64,000 nucleotides of DNA from Octopus sinensis (lineage: Eukaryota). The stretch covers positions 21,120-85,119 of the forward strand of contig NW_021833914.1 of the NCBI RefSeq assembly GCF_006345805.1, read 5' to 3'. The position numbers were made by a program, and so were the translations under genes. Shown piece by piece: positions 12,018-25,868 of the stretch; position 1 is the stretch's first letter; the number at the start of each line of letters is the position of its first letter. The notes below the pieces were generated by a model. That model saw only the letters and a program-made list of their open reading frames with translations, searched no databases and was not told the origin of the DNA.

Positions 12018-13099
12018 AGTTCAAGTCTATTTTTTGATTCAACAAACTATTGATTTAATAAATTTAATAAATCTTAAACAAAACTTTCTTTCAATCTGTT
12101 TTGAACTTATTTTATGTGTCGGGAACAAATTACGCAGAAAAGTTTCTAACAAAGTACAGAGAATTGAGGGTTGCTTCAATGACCTGACTGAAAAAGACAA
12201 AGTTAAACTTTGCAAATTGTGTAGTCCTCACAGCGTTGAAAGTCTTCGCAATTTATAAACATTATTTTAATATCATCAAAAGCTTTATTATTGTAAGCTA
12301 ATTCCATACTCTTAAAAACTACAAAACAAGCTAATAGGCCTTATTTCTCTGCGAAAACAAAAAATTTTATAGTTTATCCACAATGGCTATCTTTGTCACC
12401 TTCGATTTCTTAATAATAACCCCTTGCTGTTTTTGTTAAAAATTGAATCGAGGCTCGAATATATAAATTAGGAAAGACTTTTTGACGAGTCATTTTTATC
12501 CTATCTGTCTCGGATGGCTTTTTTTCGGAATTTTCACTTTCTTTTTCTAAGTTAAAAAACAGAAATTTTTTTAAAAAGGTGTTTCTACAATGTGAAAACT
12601 AAATTGTTGTACTGCCGTGAAGAAAAAAGACTGAATAAGATTATGTCGCGAGCGCTACCTATGCTCGAATTTAACATTAAAAATTTTTTATAACAAATTA
12701 AACTTAAATTTTCTTAGTTATTAATCTTAAAATTATAGAATATTTAATTTCAATATTCTTAAAAGCCGCAGGATTTGATGAAACGAATTTAGTTATAAAT
12801 TAGAGCAACATAAGTCAATAAAGTCAATTTCAATTCAGAGTTAGACTTTAGTCTAAAAATAGTTATTACTTAAATAAATATCCAAAAAGAGTTTTTATAA
12901 AAAGTTTGTTAGGTCGATTAGGTCAATTTTTAAATACAAATTTAAATAATGTAATCATATCATAATTTTAAGAGTCAAAATAAATTTAAAATAATCGGCG
13001 TGACATTTCTGAATTATTGTAATAATCTTTTACTAACTTATAGAGTACATATCTCTAAAAGGAGATTCTTTGCTTATTAAATGAGCGACAGAATGTTTA

Positions 13100-13820
13100 T
13101 TTAATGAACAATCGTGTCATAGCGTATAATTTTCCGTTAGGAATCTTTTTTGGCCATTCTAGGCCCAGTAGATTGCGTAGTTATTTTCTGTGAAACGTGT
13201 CTATTTTATGTAACTCTGCCTCTATGACACCCGAGGTACCCGAGTTGTACATGAGAACTGGTTTTATATATGCTTTGTACAGCTTTAGCTTGATGTTTGT
13301 TTTTTGAAGTTTTCGATGATTCCATATCTTTTGCATTTTCTTGTACATTGCAGAGGCTAAAACTCTCATGTCTTCACTATCACCAAGTAATGATCCCAAT
13401 TTCTTTTTTTCCTCCAACTTTCATCAATATATTTCAATTCTCTTATGTGTTCAGTCTTTTCTTGATTAACCTGCGAACACCATCTCTCAAATTCGTCCGG
13501 AATTTTCTCCAAAACAGATGCAAGTTCCTGATCATTTTTTGACGAAATGTATTCAGCAATAAACCCAGTTTTTTCTTTATTATCCAATAAATTTCTTCTT
13601 AACTGTCGTGAATACAAATATTCTTAGGTTGCACTCCTCTCACAGCCCGAAACATTTCGTTCCGTATCCCGTCCTCTCATTTTCACTGTCACTTTCATGT
13701 ATTTTTCTGACATAAATTTCCTTCTTCTTTTTTGATCTCCTGACAACACGACTCCTTTCTTTTTTTAGCACGTTATAATTATCATGATCTGTCGTAGATT
13801 CCATATTAAGTCTTATTTTC
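13100..13820 (-). mobile_element. RTE-clade LINE fragment (RT C-terminal region), degraded
   Basis: KKLGSLLGDSED, KIW..KLKLYKAYIKPVLMYNSGT..IDTFHRK, followed by LLGLEWPKKIPN. Confidence 0.75.
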
Positions 13821-13999
13821 TCTTCTGGTTATCACTGATAGCAGTTTTTACTTTATCTAAGATTTTCCCTTTTTTGTTAATTCAGGACCAGAAACTATAG
13901 TGCGAACTGTATGCATGTTTTTCGAGTAGTAAAAGGCTGCACTAAGTTGGTTCCCCATCTTGTAATTATTACTTCAGGTGGTAATTCTATATTGTCAAA

Positions 14000-15127
14000 A
14001 AGATCTCTTCGAGATTTTTTTTGAGCAATGCAGTTTACATCGTGGCAATCAGATTATTAATATCCCCATAGTGTGTACTCATTTTTAAGGCACAATTATG
14101 TAAAGATGAGCAAAACAAGTAATGTGTATACATTGTTATACATAATTGACAATGTTTCTGCAGCAGCTATCATGTATGATGCAGCGTCGATAACCAATAA
14201 AACAAAATTAAATCGTTTGACGTTAAAATCCTTTAAAGTTTCATCGATTATCTGGCAAATAACTGAGTATTACATATTTCAACAGAAATGCAATTTAATA
14301 GATAAATTTTCGATGGATTACAAATAGTCCCCCCAAAAACATTCACAAATTTATTATTTGAAAATTGGGTTTCATCAACAATCAAAATATTTTTCAAATT
14401 TAAAATAAGATTTTTTATTCGTTCAAAATTTAGAAGATAATTATCATATACCAATTTGCGACAATAGGTTTTCTGATGGAACAGAAAATCCCAAATCGTC
14501 GAAAAACTTAGAAAAAGATTGTGACGAATCTTATAAAGAGGGATATTCACACCCGTCATCATCGAAACCAATTTTAACAAAAATCATTTGGAATTGCAAT
14601 CAATTTCGATTGATGCAAGTCGTGTGTTTTACTTCTTTTTTATGCATTTCCGTCTGTCTGTGTTGTTCCACGTTAAAACTTTTTGACAAGTTTACCGAAA
14701 CACAACAGAACTTGCAAGTAAGTCCCCCATTAGTACTTCTCGTAAATTCGTGCGGATATTTATTTAATATTTTAGAGAGTTTGAATTCATTAGATTTTTT
14801 TGATTTAGGCATCTATTAATATACCTCTTTTATATAAAAACCTTTATCTCACTCAACAAAAAACCGATTATATCTCACGTTATAAAAAATAATTCAAATA
14901 TTATTATTCAATATTTTATTTAAAAATATTAATCTAATTCATTAAAATATACAAAAATTTGAATATGACTTATTTTTATAATATAACTTTATTATTGAAT
15001 ATGACTTATATGACCTATTAATAAGTGTTTAAATAGTTAAAAAATATAATTAAAATTTAATTAATATAAACAAACACAAAATGACCTTATTTTGTGATAA
15101 GCATTATATGACTTTTGGTTGCCCTAG
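14000..15127 (-). mobile_element. degraded hAT-related (CGGBP1-like) DNA transposon, one end visible
   Basis: N-terminal Zn finger LTCKFCCVSV..FNVEQHRQTEMHKK; IVDETQ..FVNVFGG; DAASI. Terminus TAGGGCAACCAAAAGTCATAT near 15125 with subterminal atatgac repeats. Confidence 0.65.
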
Positions 15128-16059
15128 TTATCAGATAAAAGTTCAATTTCGTTATCGAATACTCCTTTGAATCCGGACGGTTTTTTTCCCAAGCACATAC
15201 ATACTTCTTTATTTCTTCAGCCACTGAATCCCAAACCACTGCAGGGGATTTTTCATATTTACGTTCATATTTCTTTCTTAATTGCCATACAATAATTTTC
15301 CGAGTCTTCTCACATAAAAATAATTGTCCCACCGTAAAACGGTTAGTACTGATTCACTTTATACTTTTTGAAAAACTTATTTAAAAACAGTTATGTTATA
15401 GAAAAAATTTTCATTAAAAATAAAAAAGTCTCCCAAGAATAATTTGACCCACTGAATGTGGAATAAAAATTATATAAACACAAGTCTAATTCTAATGATA
15501 TCACAAAATAATGAATTTCAATGATCATCGTATTTTACCTTCGAAGTATTTTCTTTCTTGGATGAATATTAGGCTACATCGTGCGCAGTGGATTCTAAAC
15601 AAATCTTAACAAAGAATGGAATTTAAAATCGAATAAAGTAAAATATTACTTGATTGTTAGTAACTTGATAAAAGATGTATAAAATTACCTTAGATTTTCA
15701 TAAGAGTAGTCTATATATAAAATCAAGTAATATATTTCTTAGGTTAATTTTTCAGTCAATTCTTAAAATTTTACGGTCAATTAAATTGACTTTTTAATAA
15801 TAATGGTTCTGTGAACGTGCTTTTAATAATAATTAAAAGCACAAAACATGGTTTTAGCGGCTTAAAAAATTCGAAAACTTTAGATATTATAGTTAAAAGA
15901 GTCATTATTAAATTATTTTAAAAATACTAATGGATCCTTTTTTCAAAAAAACAATACTAGTCACATCTTTATTCAACAGATGCGCAAAAGAATAGGTAAG
16001 AATAAAAATACTCTTACTTCGTCTTTTTTTAATGGTTATTACTTTATTATTTTAGTAAA

Positions 16060-16225
16060 TTGATTTTATTAAAACTGATAGTTTATCTAGCTGACATTTT
16101 TCATAAAGTGAATGAAGTAAATATTAGCTTGCAAAGAAACAAAATTAGTTTAATAAATGTACAAAGAATTATCATGCCTTTTATTGAAAAATTACATATC
16201 TATGAAACAACATTAAGAAATGATG
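16060..16225 (+). mobile_element. Buster-type hAT transposase fragment
   Basis: VYLADIFHKVNEVNISLQ..FIEKLHIY matches YLxDIFxxLNxLNLxLQ..FxxKL. Confidence 0.65.
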
Positions 16226-16229
16226 AGAA

Positions 16230-16800
16230 GGTGTGCAGTGGTCGGGAATTGCACGTTTTTAGTGGTGCATTATTATATCATTGTTCTATCATTGTATTTC
16301 ATTCTTTCATCCATTCATTTTTTCATTAAACTGTATTTAATTGTATCAATCTATTCTTTTTTCATTTGATTGTATTCCATTGTATCAATCTATTGTACCC
16401 TTTTCTCACTCCATGTCTCACTGTCTATCTTGTATTCATGTCAACGCCTGCATGAGACCGTCCCTTGCAAAAGTTGCCTCTTCTCCAACAAAAGGAAGAA
16501 CGGTTTCAGATGCGCTATGCCATCAGTACTTCCATTTAAACTGCCTTAAAATCTCGAAAGAGGCCGCCATAAAGATTCCAAACTTGCTGTATCCATCATC
16601 ATGCCTCTCATGCTCAAGTCACTCTCTCAAGCCTTCAATGGGGTGCGAACGAACACCCTATGCGGCCAACGCTTCTCTGCCCAACCATTCCTCGCCAATC
16701 ATTCCATCTGTTAAAGATTTCCTCTTTCCGGTTTCCCGGAACAAAAGAATTCGCAGAATTCCAGTCATTTCGCGCGCTGATTCCTTATCAACTGCCAGGG
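16230..16800 (+). mobile_element. CRE-clade retrotransposon 5' fragment (UTR + PHD-like finger)
   Basis: C..QYFHLNCLKIS..CLSC and RRIP, paralleling 4110-4655; similar low-complexity 5' UTR. Confidence 0.6.
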
Positions 16801-17049
16801 ACAAATTATATCCAACTGTCAGCAAATTTTTGTTATAGAAGAATTTCTGATATTATTGGTGTTTAAAATGAGGCTAAACAGCGACATATTTCAGCAAGAC
16901 GTGACTTTGTTATCGCGAAGATGAGGTCCCTGATCGAGTACATCGGGATCACGTGAGTTTTGTTTAATCTCTATCGTAATCTCGGCGGTTAAATAAAATA
17001 AGACAATTCCCCATGTCATACTTCAAATGCAATAATGGAATGTTCATCC

Positions 17050-17310
17050 GCAAATAAAACTAATTTATTCGATTGGCCGACACAATCTCCGGACATGAAT
17101 CCAATTGAAACATTTGGGCTAAAATAAAATATGAATTATTGAAGGAAAAAATTGAAAATTGAGAACAAATAACGAAGAACAAAAGGATAAAATACTCAAA
17201 ATTTAAAATCAAAATCCAATGGAGTACATTAAAATTGATAAATTCGATGAAAAATCGTAGTTTAGAGTTATTCAAACAAAAAAGGAAAACATATACCGTA
17301 CTAATATGTT
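17050..17310 (+). mobile_element. Tc1 transposase C-terminal remnant
   Basis: gattggccgacacaatctccggacatgaatccaattgaa = DWPTQSPDMNPIE. Confidence 0.7.
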
Positions 17311-18299
17311 TTGACATTTTTTCGGAATTTTTTGTCATAAAAATTGTTTTTCTGCTTTATTCACAACATTTTGAAAAGTTAATAATAAAAATAACGATTC
17401 ATCAAGTGTCCGGAATTTTTCATCAAGAGGAAAATATTGGAAAACAAAATATTTCAAAAGTGGAGCAACTAACAACAATGTCTTCGTTTAATTATAAAGC
17501 TGATGACAAATCAGATATTTGACAATGAATGTTGTCCTAGCACAATACAAAACATTGCTAGAATAATAACTAAGCAATGGATACTGTTACGAGAAAAACA
17601 CCATTAATAACTGATAGTACCCCGAATCAATCAAATATAACATACAGTGAATATATGAATATATGTAAAGCACAAAACAAACTGGAAATTGTACAGAACC
17701 AGTGCTTACGGATTTTACTGAAACGTGATAAAATGACGACTACTTCGGAACTGAGAAAGTGCTATACATTAAAAAATTAATGGACCATCTTACAGAAAGA
17801 CAGCACATCTTCTTAACAATGGCAAGATATACCGGAGGTCCCCTTGAAGAGGAGTATCTTGCTTATGAAAAGCGTGTTAAAAATTTTTAAAAACCATCCC
17901 CCTTTTGGACGTTGATTAAGAATTCGAGACAAGGAAATGATAAAAGGAGACGCACTGACACCAAGATCACTTAATTAGACAACTACTATTCCTCTTTCTG
18001 TGTTCCCGGGCAATAATATGCGAATCAATATTTAGTAAAATAATTCGACCATGGATGACCCACAGCATATATATTTAACAGCGTGCTTATAATGGTTCTT
18101 GTGGTGTCGAAAACTCTTAATATTGAAAATAATTTAACGGATTGGCCACATTACAACAATCCATAATTCCCTAATGGGACCCCATTTGAGCAATAGCATT
18201 CTTTAATTTTGAAACACATTCGATCGACGGCGATCATAAATATTACAAGGAAACGAATTAAAAATGGGCTTAAATTGTAGGAATAAAATTATCACACAG

Positions 18300-19640
18300 G
18301 AATCAAACGTATAAGTATACTGTTCAATAATTTAAAAATAATTAAAATAACTCGATAAAATACAATGGATTCAGGGTCAAGTAGAGATGCAAGCAATTGA
18401 AAATTTATCTTTAGGAGCATTAAAAGATGGATTATTTCCAATTGTGCACAAAATGAATCTTTTGAAAGATATAAAGATTTGTATCAAAAAATCGTTTATA
18501 ATATGATAAAGAAAAACATGAAATCATTAAAAAAACACCCATTAAAATTTTCATTCAGATTAGGAAATTAAAATCGGGAAATAGCACAAAAATGATGAAA
18601 TTTCGATACTTATTCATTAAAAGATTAAATCACAAATATTCCTTCTGAATCCAATTTAATAAAAAATAAGCAGAACTAAATAATAGTAACAGTACAACAA
18701 AGTAAATCAAAAGCATGTCATAATTTATTAGGTTTGCCATTAAAATTAAAATAATTTAACAATGAAAAATAGTTTTATAAATATTATTAAAATGATGACA
18801 AGAGACAATCGTTATGTTCTGAAAAAGTAGGTCACTCGCGTATGATGAAATTTTTTTGTATAAAACATTATTTTGTCAGCCAATCATTAAATTATTTGTC
18901 AGTTCCATAAATATTAGTTATTTGTTCAAATTTCAGATTTGGCGCTTTTTGATGAACAGATAAATCGAAAAGATCTGGAGAGATTCCACTGACATTTAAA
19001 TTGTGTTTTAATAAAATAAAGTTTATTTTTTATTAATATTTGTTTAATTATCTTTATTTTTAATGAAAACCGAATACATTACGACACATGTGATCACGTG
19101 TATGTTTTTACTTTGTTGTATTCTTTTTATTATTTTTCTTTACTTTATTTTTAATGTAATTGGATTCAGAAGGAATATTTGTTGATGCAGTCTCTTTTAA
19201 TTATTAGATTATCTGAAATTTCATCATTTTGTGATATTTTTTCATTTTATTCCATTAATCTGTCGCTTCTACATATTTTGAACTTTCTAAACACAATTAT
19301 CTTTATTCATTCAATTCTCTTTTTTTGTTTGTTTCATATTTTCCGATATATATGTTCATTATCTTTATTTTACTAATAGTACCCGTAGTTTTCAAATTTT
19401 TCTGAAACTGCTTACTTATTTATATTCAGTTCGTCATATAATGGGTATCTACGGTTAACAGGTTATCATCCCTATCGTGTTTCAGCAGCACTGTATCTCC
19501 TATTATATTTCCACTTACGACGTTTTTCATTTTCTTACCAGCTTTAACAAGGTTTTCATGCACTTTTTTCTCAGTATTTTTATTGTCATTCTTAAAATAA
19601 TTTGAATTTGACTCATCACTTAGTTCTGCATTTGTTCCGT
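18300..19640. mobile_element. mixed remnants, including Ginger2-like integrase pieces on both strands
   Basis: 18370 QGQVE and 18470-18560 resemble ORF 24902; minus 19426-19640 VHENLVKAGKKMK..IGDTVLLKHDRD matches VYESHVLAGEKMK..VGDNVLLRHDID. The motif atattccttctgaat recurs at about 18637 (+), 19165 (-) and 61533 (+). Confidence 0.5.
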
Positions 19641-19644
19641 CGAA

Positions 19645-21000
19645 CATATACAAACGGGATGGACTTTTCCAGCTCCCTTTCGAAACTGGAAAAGTCTTCA
19701 GACTTCTCCACTCGAGCAGGAATTGGGTGGGCTCCCTCTTCAGGACTCGATACCGCCTAGACGGCTGTATCGAGTCCAAAATCCCTAAGATTTTAACGAC
19801 TGATGCCTTTCCACAGGTGGGAAAGACCTCTAGTCGTGCTACCACGCCGAAGGTAATTCTACCACCGGCGCGGGCGGTCTTCCTCTGGTGTGCATTCACC
19901 TCTGGAGACGAGTTAGCAGTACCTAAACTGTTAGAGACCGGACGGCAAGCGACACGTTTAGGTTTCCCCACGGTACGCAAGCCGTCCTCACGGGCTACCT
20001 GTGTAAGTTGCACATCAGATCCTGTTCGCGATCGTTTTTCATCACTTTTTTCTCCTTTAATATTCGGATTTCTGTGCACCACAGGAAACACAACCATTCT
20101 CGCACGCTACAATCGATTGGTCGTGGACACAATGACGAGCTTGTGTACCCCGTTTACATCCTTCAGATACAATTTCCCCTCAATTATTGTGAAATTCTCT
20201 GCCTTTTTTTGTGTCGATACTTCTTATGCTTGTTAAGATCGACATTCTCATTTTCAAGTATGGATCTGTCTTTCAATAGATAGGTTCTTGAATAAATCTT
20301 TTTTTAACTTTCTTGTTATTTCTTCAGCTGATTTGGTTTTTGCAAATTTTACCACTGCAAATTGTCCATTTTCCTGTTTCATTTGTTACGGTCTTTATAA
20401 GGGCGTTTACTTCGTGGCTTTAACTTTGGGAGAAATTTGGTATAATTCCTTGTGGAATGAATTTTTTGGAGGTCAAGATGATAAGTGCATTGAGATAATT
20501 GACTGCTGCGTCAGTCGAACGAAAGTTGATAATGTCGAAATCATTCAATGATTTTTCTAGAGCGAGACTGTAGTCGTCCCAGAAAGCTCTTTTGTAATTC
20601 GTATAACAACGCCGTTGAATGTCGATGTTGGGCTTTAGGACATTCTCAATAATAATCGGGTTGTGATCAAATTAGGTCTTAAATGACCTTCCAAGAAGTA
20701 ACAGGGGCCAGAATTGGAGTACACAGCGAGATGTCAGGAGAAGAAATTGCGTAGCCTTTTCTTGACGGTGTTCTGGTGTGTGATGAGGGATTGTTGAGGA
20801 TAACTAAATCATCAAATTGGTCTAATAGTAGAGATCCTCTTGAATTGAGAGATTGATTTTTTACCATATCGGGATCTTTGCGCTCATATCACCACAAATA
20901 ATGCACCAACAATCAGTCCAAATTTGGAAAAGGAGTCGATTATAAAAACCAACTATGACTTATTCAAAAAAAAGACCCATCCACAATTGCCGTCAAGATT
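19645..21000 (-). mobile_element. LINE fragments: putative ORF1 start (19645-20100) and AP-endonuclease/linker (20100-21000)
   Basis: RGSLLLDQ..LVILNN..HTRTP..SSPDISLCTP..W is an APE motif set; the 19760-19830 segment has a diverged copy at 21830-21910. Confidence 0.6.
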
Positions 21001-21253
21001 TGAATATCTCCTTAGATCCACTAAATCTGCAATATACCGATCTCTAGGTCTTCTTGCAATTTTGGGGTGATAGTTGGTTTTGTTGCCATGAAATCTTTCG
21101 ACTAACACTGATTAAGAACATTACTTGGAATAGACACATTTTGCTATCACACTACAATTTCTTCTCTTGAATATATTTGGTCTCTTAGTACGAGAGCATT
21201 CTGTCTCTACCAAATCAAAAACAACGTTCCAGATTTCTTTGTTCTACTTTTCG

Positions 21254-21523
21254 CTATTTATGAGTCTTGAAACCTTTTATTGATCTATAAAAGCCCGACC
21301 TCGTTGAAGAACGAGTCAGCCTCCTTTCCCGCGCTCCGGGCGATTGGCGTAATACGCAAACAGTCCGCGGGGAAGAATACTTTTGTAGTTTCATCCTTTC
21401 GGCGTGGTTTGCAGCCGAACAAGGATTCGCAGCGGAGGAATCGATTCTCGACTTTGAGAAGGCATCCACAACGGTAACATCCCATATGAGGGCTTTCCCG
21501 AACGAGTACGGGAATATTGTCAA
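21254..21523 (-). mobile_element. CRE 3' fragment
   Basis: TIFPYSFGKALIWDVTVVDAFS..AERMKLQKY. Confidence 0.8.
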
Positions 21524-22614
21524 ATTACTAATCTGTTTATAAACACAATTATTTATTGAAAAAATCGAATAAAGTTATTTGTATAGTTTTTTAATTAATT
21601 TTTGTAAATCATTCGAAATGTTTTTCAAATTTTTTACAGTATTTTGTTATATTTTGAGAAAAGCAATTCGAACAAGAACTTAATTTATGACAATTTGAAT
21701 TCCATCAAATAAAGTGATTGGGCTAATATCGTAGCTCTCATCGATTTGGCCATCTTCTGCATTAAGCATGATATCTTCAACAGTATATTCTTCTTGAAAC
21801 AGTGCAATGATTTCATCGTCATCAATGACTTTATACCGCTTAGATAATTGTATCGAGTCCAGAATACATAAAATTTTAATGACTGAGGTCTTTCCACAGT
21901 TGGGAAAATCACGATCTTACTTTTCAATAAACAAAAATTGTGTTTCACTTGAATGTCAATCACAATTGAAGTGTTTCCTTGGCTATAGTACGTGGAAACT
22001 GTGTTTCCATTTACGAGGCCGGGAATTTAGTTAGTTAATAACTATTTTATTCTCTTTTTTTTCTGGTTTTATATAGCTAGTTTATAAAAAAAATTGAAGT
22101 TTTCACCCAGATTTTCACTTCAGTGTCGTAAATATCGATCAAACTGAATTTGTGTTGATAAATTTAGATTTTTCAATGCCACACATTGTTCATATGTACA
22201 GATATATGCATCCTACAACTTCGTTATGTTTTCTCATGTAGTAACTGTTCAACATTCTGACCAATTAATCAACGGATTTCTTGGCTTTTTTACAGTAATT
22301 ACATGTTGATTCTTTTGGATCAAAAAATTAATTTCTATTCTAAACACTATATAGCTTTGTATTTAGGCTGTTATTTCTCGTGGGAAGCTATTGAGAAGAT
22401 TCAACATTTCATTCTCCTTACTATTAAAAAGAACAGAATACTGATATGGAATGAGTTTTTTTGCTTCTGTAATAAAGTAAGTAATGTTTTGAATAATCTT
22501 CATGCAAACTTTGATGAATTTTTATAGATTAGAAAAGAAATTCTCAACCTTCAAGAATTAAATCAATAATTAAGAGTTTCTTTGTGGCTCCGACAAAAAA
22601 TATTTTTACAAGCT

Positions 22615-23130
22615 TTCTACACGCACCGGAGGCACGGGTATCAGGTCGGCGCTGGATTTCGCACTTCCGGCATATCTGTTATCGCTTTTAAGCTGCAGTC
22701 ATCTCGTCCAGAAAGTCCAAACTCACACTACTATCCTTGGACACAGTATTTGACGAGGCTTGCTTGCAGTAGAAGGAAGCTGAACTTTCGATCCAGGATG
22801 ATGTCTCGAGACAGAATTGTTGGGACGCAATATTGTGCAAAGCTATTGTTGATGACCTAAAGCGGGGGTTGAACCAACACTGTTTTGTCTGTTTGCTTTC
22901 TGGGCCACAACACGGAAGGGTGCATGGCTCCACGCATTTCCATACAGTTCATTCGGTACTTTTATGGACGACGATTGTGAGATAATTGGTGTTCAGGAGA
23001 TCGGGTCCCGCATGTCTGCTATCACAGGCGACGGCCGCGAATCAAAATGGTTTTTTCGAGCGGATATTCCTCGCGATAGTACGCTCTAATTCTTTCTCGA
23101 TCGCGTCGGCATCCCGCCCATTAAGCTTTT
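22615..23130 (+). mobile_element. CRE 3' fragment, degraded
   Basis: SGAGFRTS.., LACSRR, ..KHGRVHGS..FIRYFMD..LVFRRSG.., ending gcggatattcctcgcgatagtacgctctaat (RIFLAIVRSN, equivalent to QRISIAIxRGN). Confidence 0.65.
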
Positions 23131-23157
23131 TTTAATTAACTTGTAGTTATTTACTTT

Positions 23158-23158
<1 letters not shown>

Positions 23159-23230
<72 letters not shown>
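23159..23230. repeat. 72-nt poly(T) tract flanked by ttactttgtt direct repeats
   Basis: Directly visible. Confidence 0.9.
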
Positions 23231-23235
<5 letters not shown>

Positions 23236-24668
23236 GTTGTTTGTGGTTCATTGATTTCTAAAAAAAAATTTTCAAATTTATAAAATAAAAATGTACCGAA
23301 GTACACGAAAAAATACGCCGTAGGACAGCCCGTATGGAACCGACCACACTCGAAGGCGACCCAAAGTGCAATGGATGGCCAGCGAATGGCACATTTGCCT
23401 AATTGATAACAAACATGCACGACCAGGTAAGTACTTAGCATATGCACACATTAGGAAATAGATACAACTAAATTATTAAAATGTATGGATTTTTACTTAG
23501 CTTTGAGGTATATACATTTAAATAGATTATCCAATTTTTTATTGAGTTTTAACATAAATGACAAATTAAGTAATTACAAATTTATTAAATTTATAAAAAG
23601 GTGATTTTTAAACACTACTTGTTTAATCCTTGATCGCTTAAATGTTTATATTCTCCATTCGACTGTATTTATGACTGTGTTTATGACATTTACATTAGTT
23701 ATGACATTTACATTAGTTAACCATTATTTATTAATTTTTTAATAACCTCCGTATCAACGTGCTTTTAGGTAAGTCAGTTCTTATAAAGATTTTTATTTGT
23801 CATTTGGATTTATATGCAATGATAAAAATAAACTAACCTCAATGTTTAATTTGCATGGTCTTCTTGGCAGATAATTTTTCGTTTTTGTTTTCTGAAAAAC
23901 AATACAAGTATTATTTAGTTTTTATTATGTATCGTAGATCTAGTCAAATGATGTTCAGTGAAACTTTTGTAATTACAGAGGAATCATTAAAATATTCATA
24001 CCTGATTTCAGAATTTATAGCAAAACAACTAAAACCTCACTATTGGCGAAAACTTGATAATCCCTGCTTGTCGTATTATTGCTCGAACTGTGTTTAGGCA
24101 TAATATGAACAAATAATCTTAAGAGATCTTTGTCAGATAACAGTTTCTTGTCGGATTTGTGGTTTGTCGGAGAATATTGAAAATAGTGTCTCATTTTCTA
24201 TTAAAGAAACTCACTTGACGAATCTGAGGATATTTCGGAAATGGCACATTTATTGGCATATATACGATTTGTTTATTTTGGGAAAATTACAGAACAATTC
24301 GTATTTTATAAGCCTCTTTTAACTACTACTCGAGCAATTGATATGTTCACGATATTAAACGATTATTTCAATATCAATAATATTTCATTTGCCAATTGTA
24401 TTGGTACATGTATAAATGGAGCCCCATATGTTTGGTCGTATCAATGGATTTGTTTCATCTGTTAAATTTAAAATTAATGAGATGATTTTATCACATTGTT
24501 TTTTGCATCAAGAAATATCGACTGTAAAAACATTGTCTGTGAGTTTAAAATCTTTCTTGGATGATATTATCTAAATCAGTGGTTCTCAACTGTGGACGAT
24601 TCTCCCCTTAGGGATAATCCGATTTATTTCGCCAGGGAGGGGATAATTGAAATAATGAATAAATATGA

Positions 24669-25868
24669 TGTCACCGGCTGGATAATGCCCTGGGTTGGAT
24701 AATGCCCCCTCAACGTTATTTTAAAAAAATAAATATTTTTTCATAATTAATTTTGATTAGATTTTTTGATTTTGTTAATTATTTTAGTAATTTATCAAAG
24801 TTTTTTTTCAAATTAATCTAGCATGAAAATTTGTTTTGGTTATTTAAGTTTTCCAATTTGAAAAAATAATAAGTATAATCGATCAAATTTATATTTCAGA
24901 AATGGTTTTACTCAACCTTAGCAAAGATGAACTTGAAGTAATCAAAAATATTCAAATAGATGCTTTTTATATTGACCGAATTCAGAAATCTGAAAAGAAA
25001 AGATACAGAAAATTAGCAGAACAGTTAATTTCAGGGTCAAGTAGAAAGTCAAGTTATGGGTCTTTTGGAAGCTATAAAGACTTCTATCAAGAAATTGTTT
25101 ATAAATATAACATGTCGAAGCATGAAACGACCAAGAGGACACCTTTCGAAATTTTTATGCGAGGAAATCATTTAATCTCGGAGGAAATTAGATCGGCGTT
25201 ATTGTCATTCGATGGAAATGAAGCGGTTGAATCAAGTCAATCGGAGATAATTGGATCCGATTATTTGGAAAACGAGGACGATTGTTTGAATCAACAAAGT
25301 GTGTATGAAAGCCATGTTCTCGCCGGAGAAAAAATGAAAAGGAGGCGGAAATGGAAATTTTATGAAGATTTAGCCGTAGGAGATAATGTCCTACTGAGAC
25401 ATGATATTGATGCGAATCCAAATAACCGAAAATACCCCCTATACGATCAGATTGATTCCACTATATATGAAATATCGGAGGTTGATAAAGACAAGTGCGT
25501 ACTTAAAGATCTTAATGACGAATCATCCAAATATGTACACAAAAGTCGTATAAAAAAATATGACTTTTACAAAAAATTTTTATATAATAAAAATTCATGA
25601 ATTTTTAATATTTGTTTTTAAATGGTAGACCTAAAAAATTGTATAATTATAATAAAATACGTTATTGATTCGGAAAAATTGGTGATGCCGGTTTTTGCCG
25701 ACTCTTTGAAAAATTCTTTCAATCAAAAAATTGATAAAAAAATTGAATAAATCGACTTAATTCCATTATCAAGTTATTTTTAATTAATTATCAGGTTATT
25801 TTTGTTTGATTTTAAAAAAAATTTCAAGGGGGTATTATCCAACCCAGGGCATTATCCAGCCTGTGACA
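24669..25868 (+). mobile_element. Ginger2/Tdd-type DNA transposon (internally deleted integrase), nested in the hAT
   Basis: About 42-bp TIRs TGTCACCGGCTGGATAATGCCCTGGGTTGGATAAT../..ATTATCCAACCCAGGGCATTATCCAGCCTGTGACA; 5-bp TSD tatga; ORF 24902-25600 has YNMSKHETTKRTPFEIF and LAVGDNVLL (integrase C-terminal motifs). Confidence 0.85.

Noticed and set aside
19426-20097. 223-aa ORF as a novel protein
   Set aside because: Chance in-frame fusion of a putative LINE ORF1 piece with a Ginger integrase remnant.
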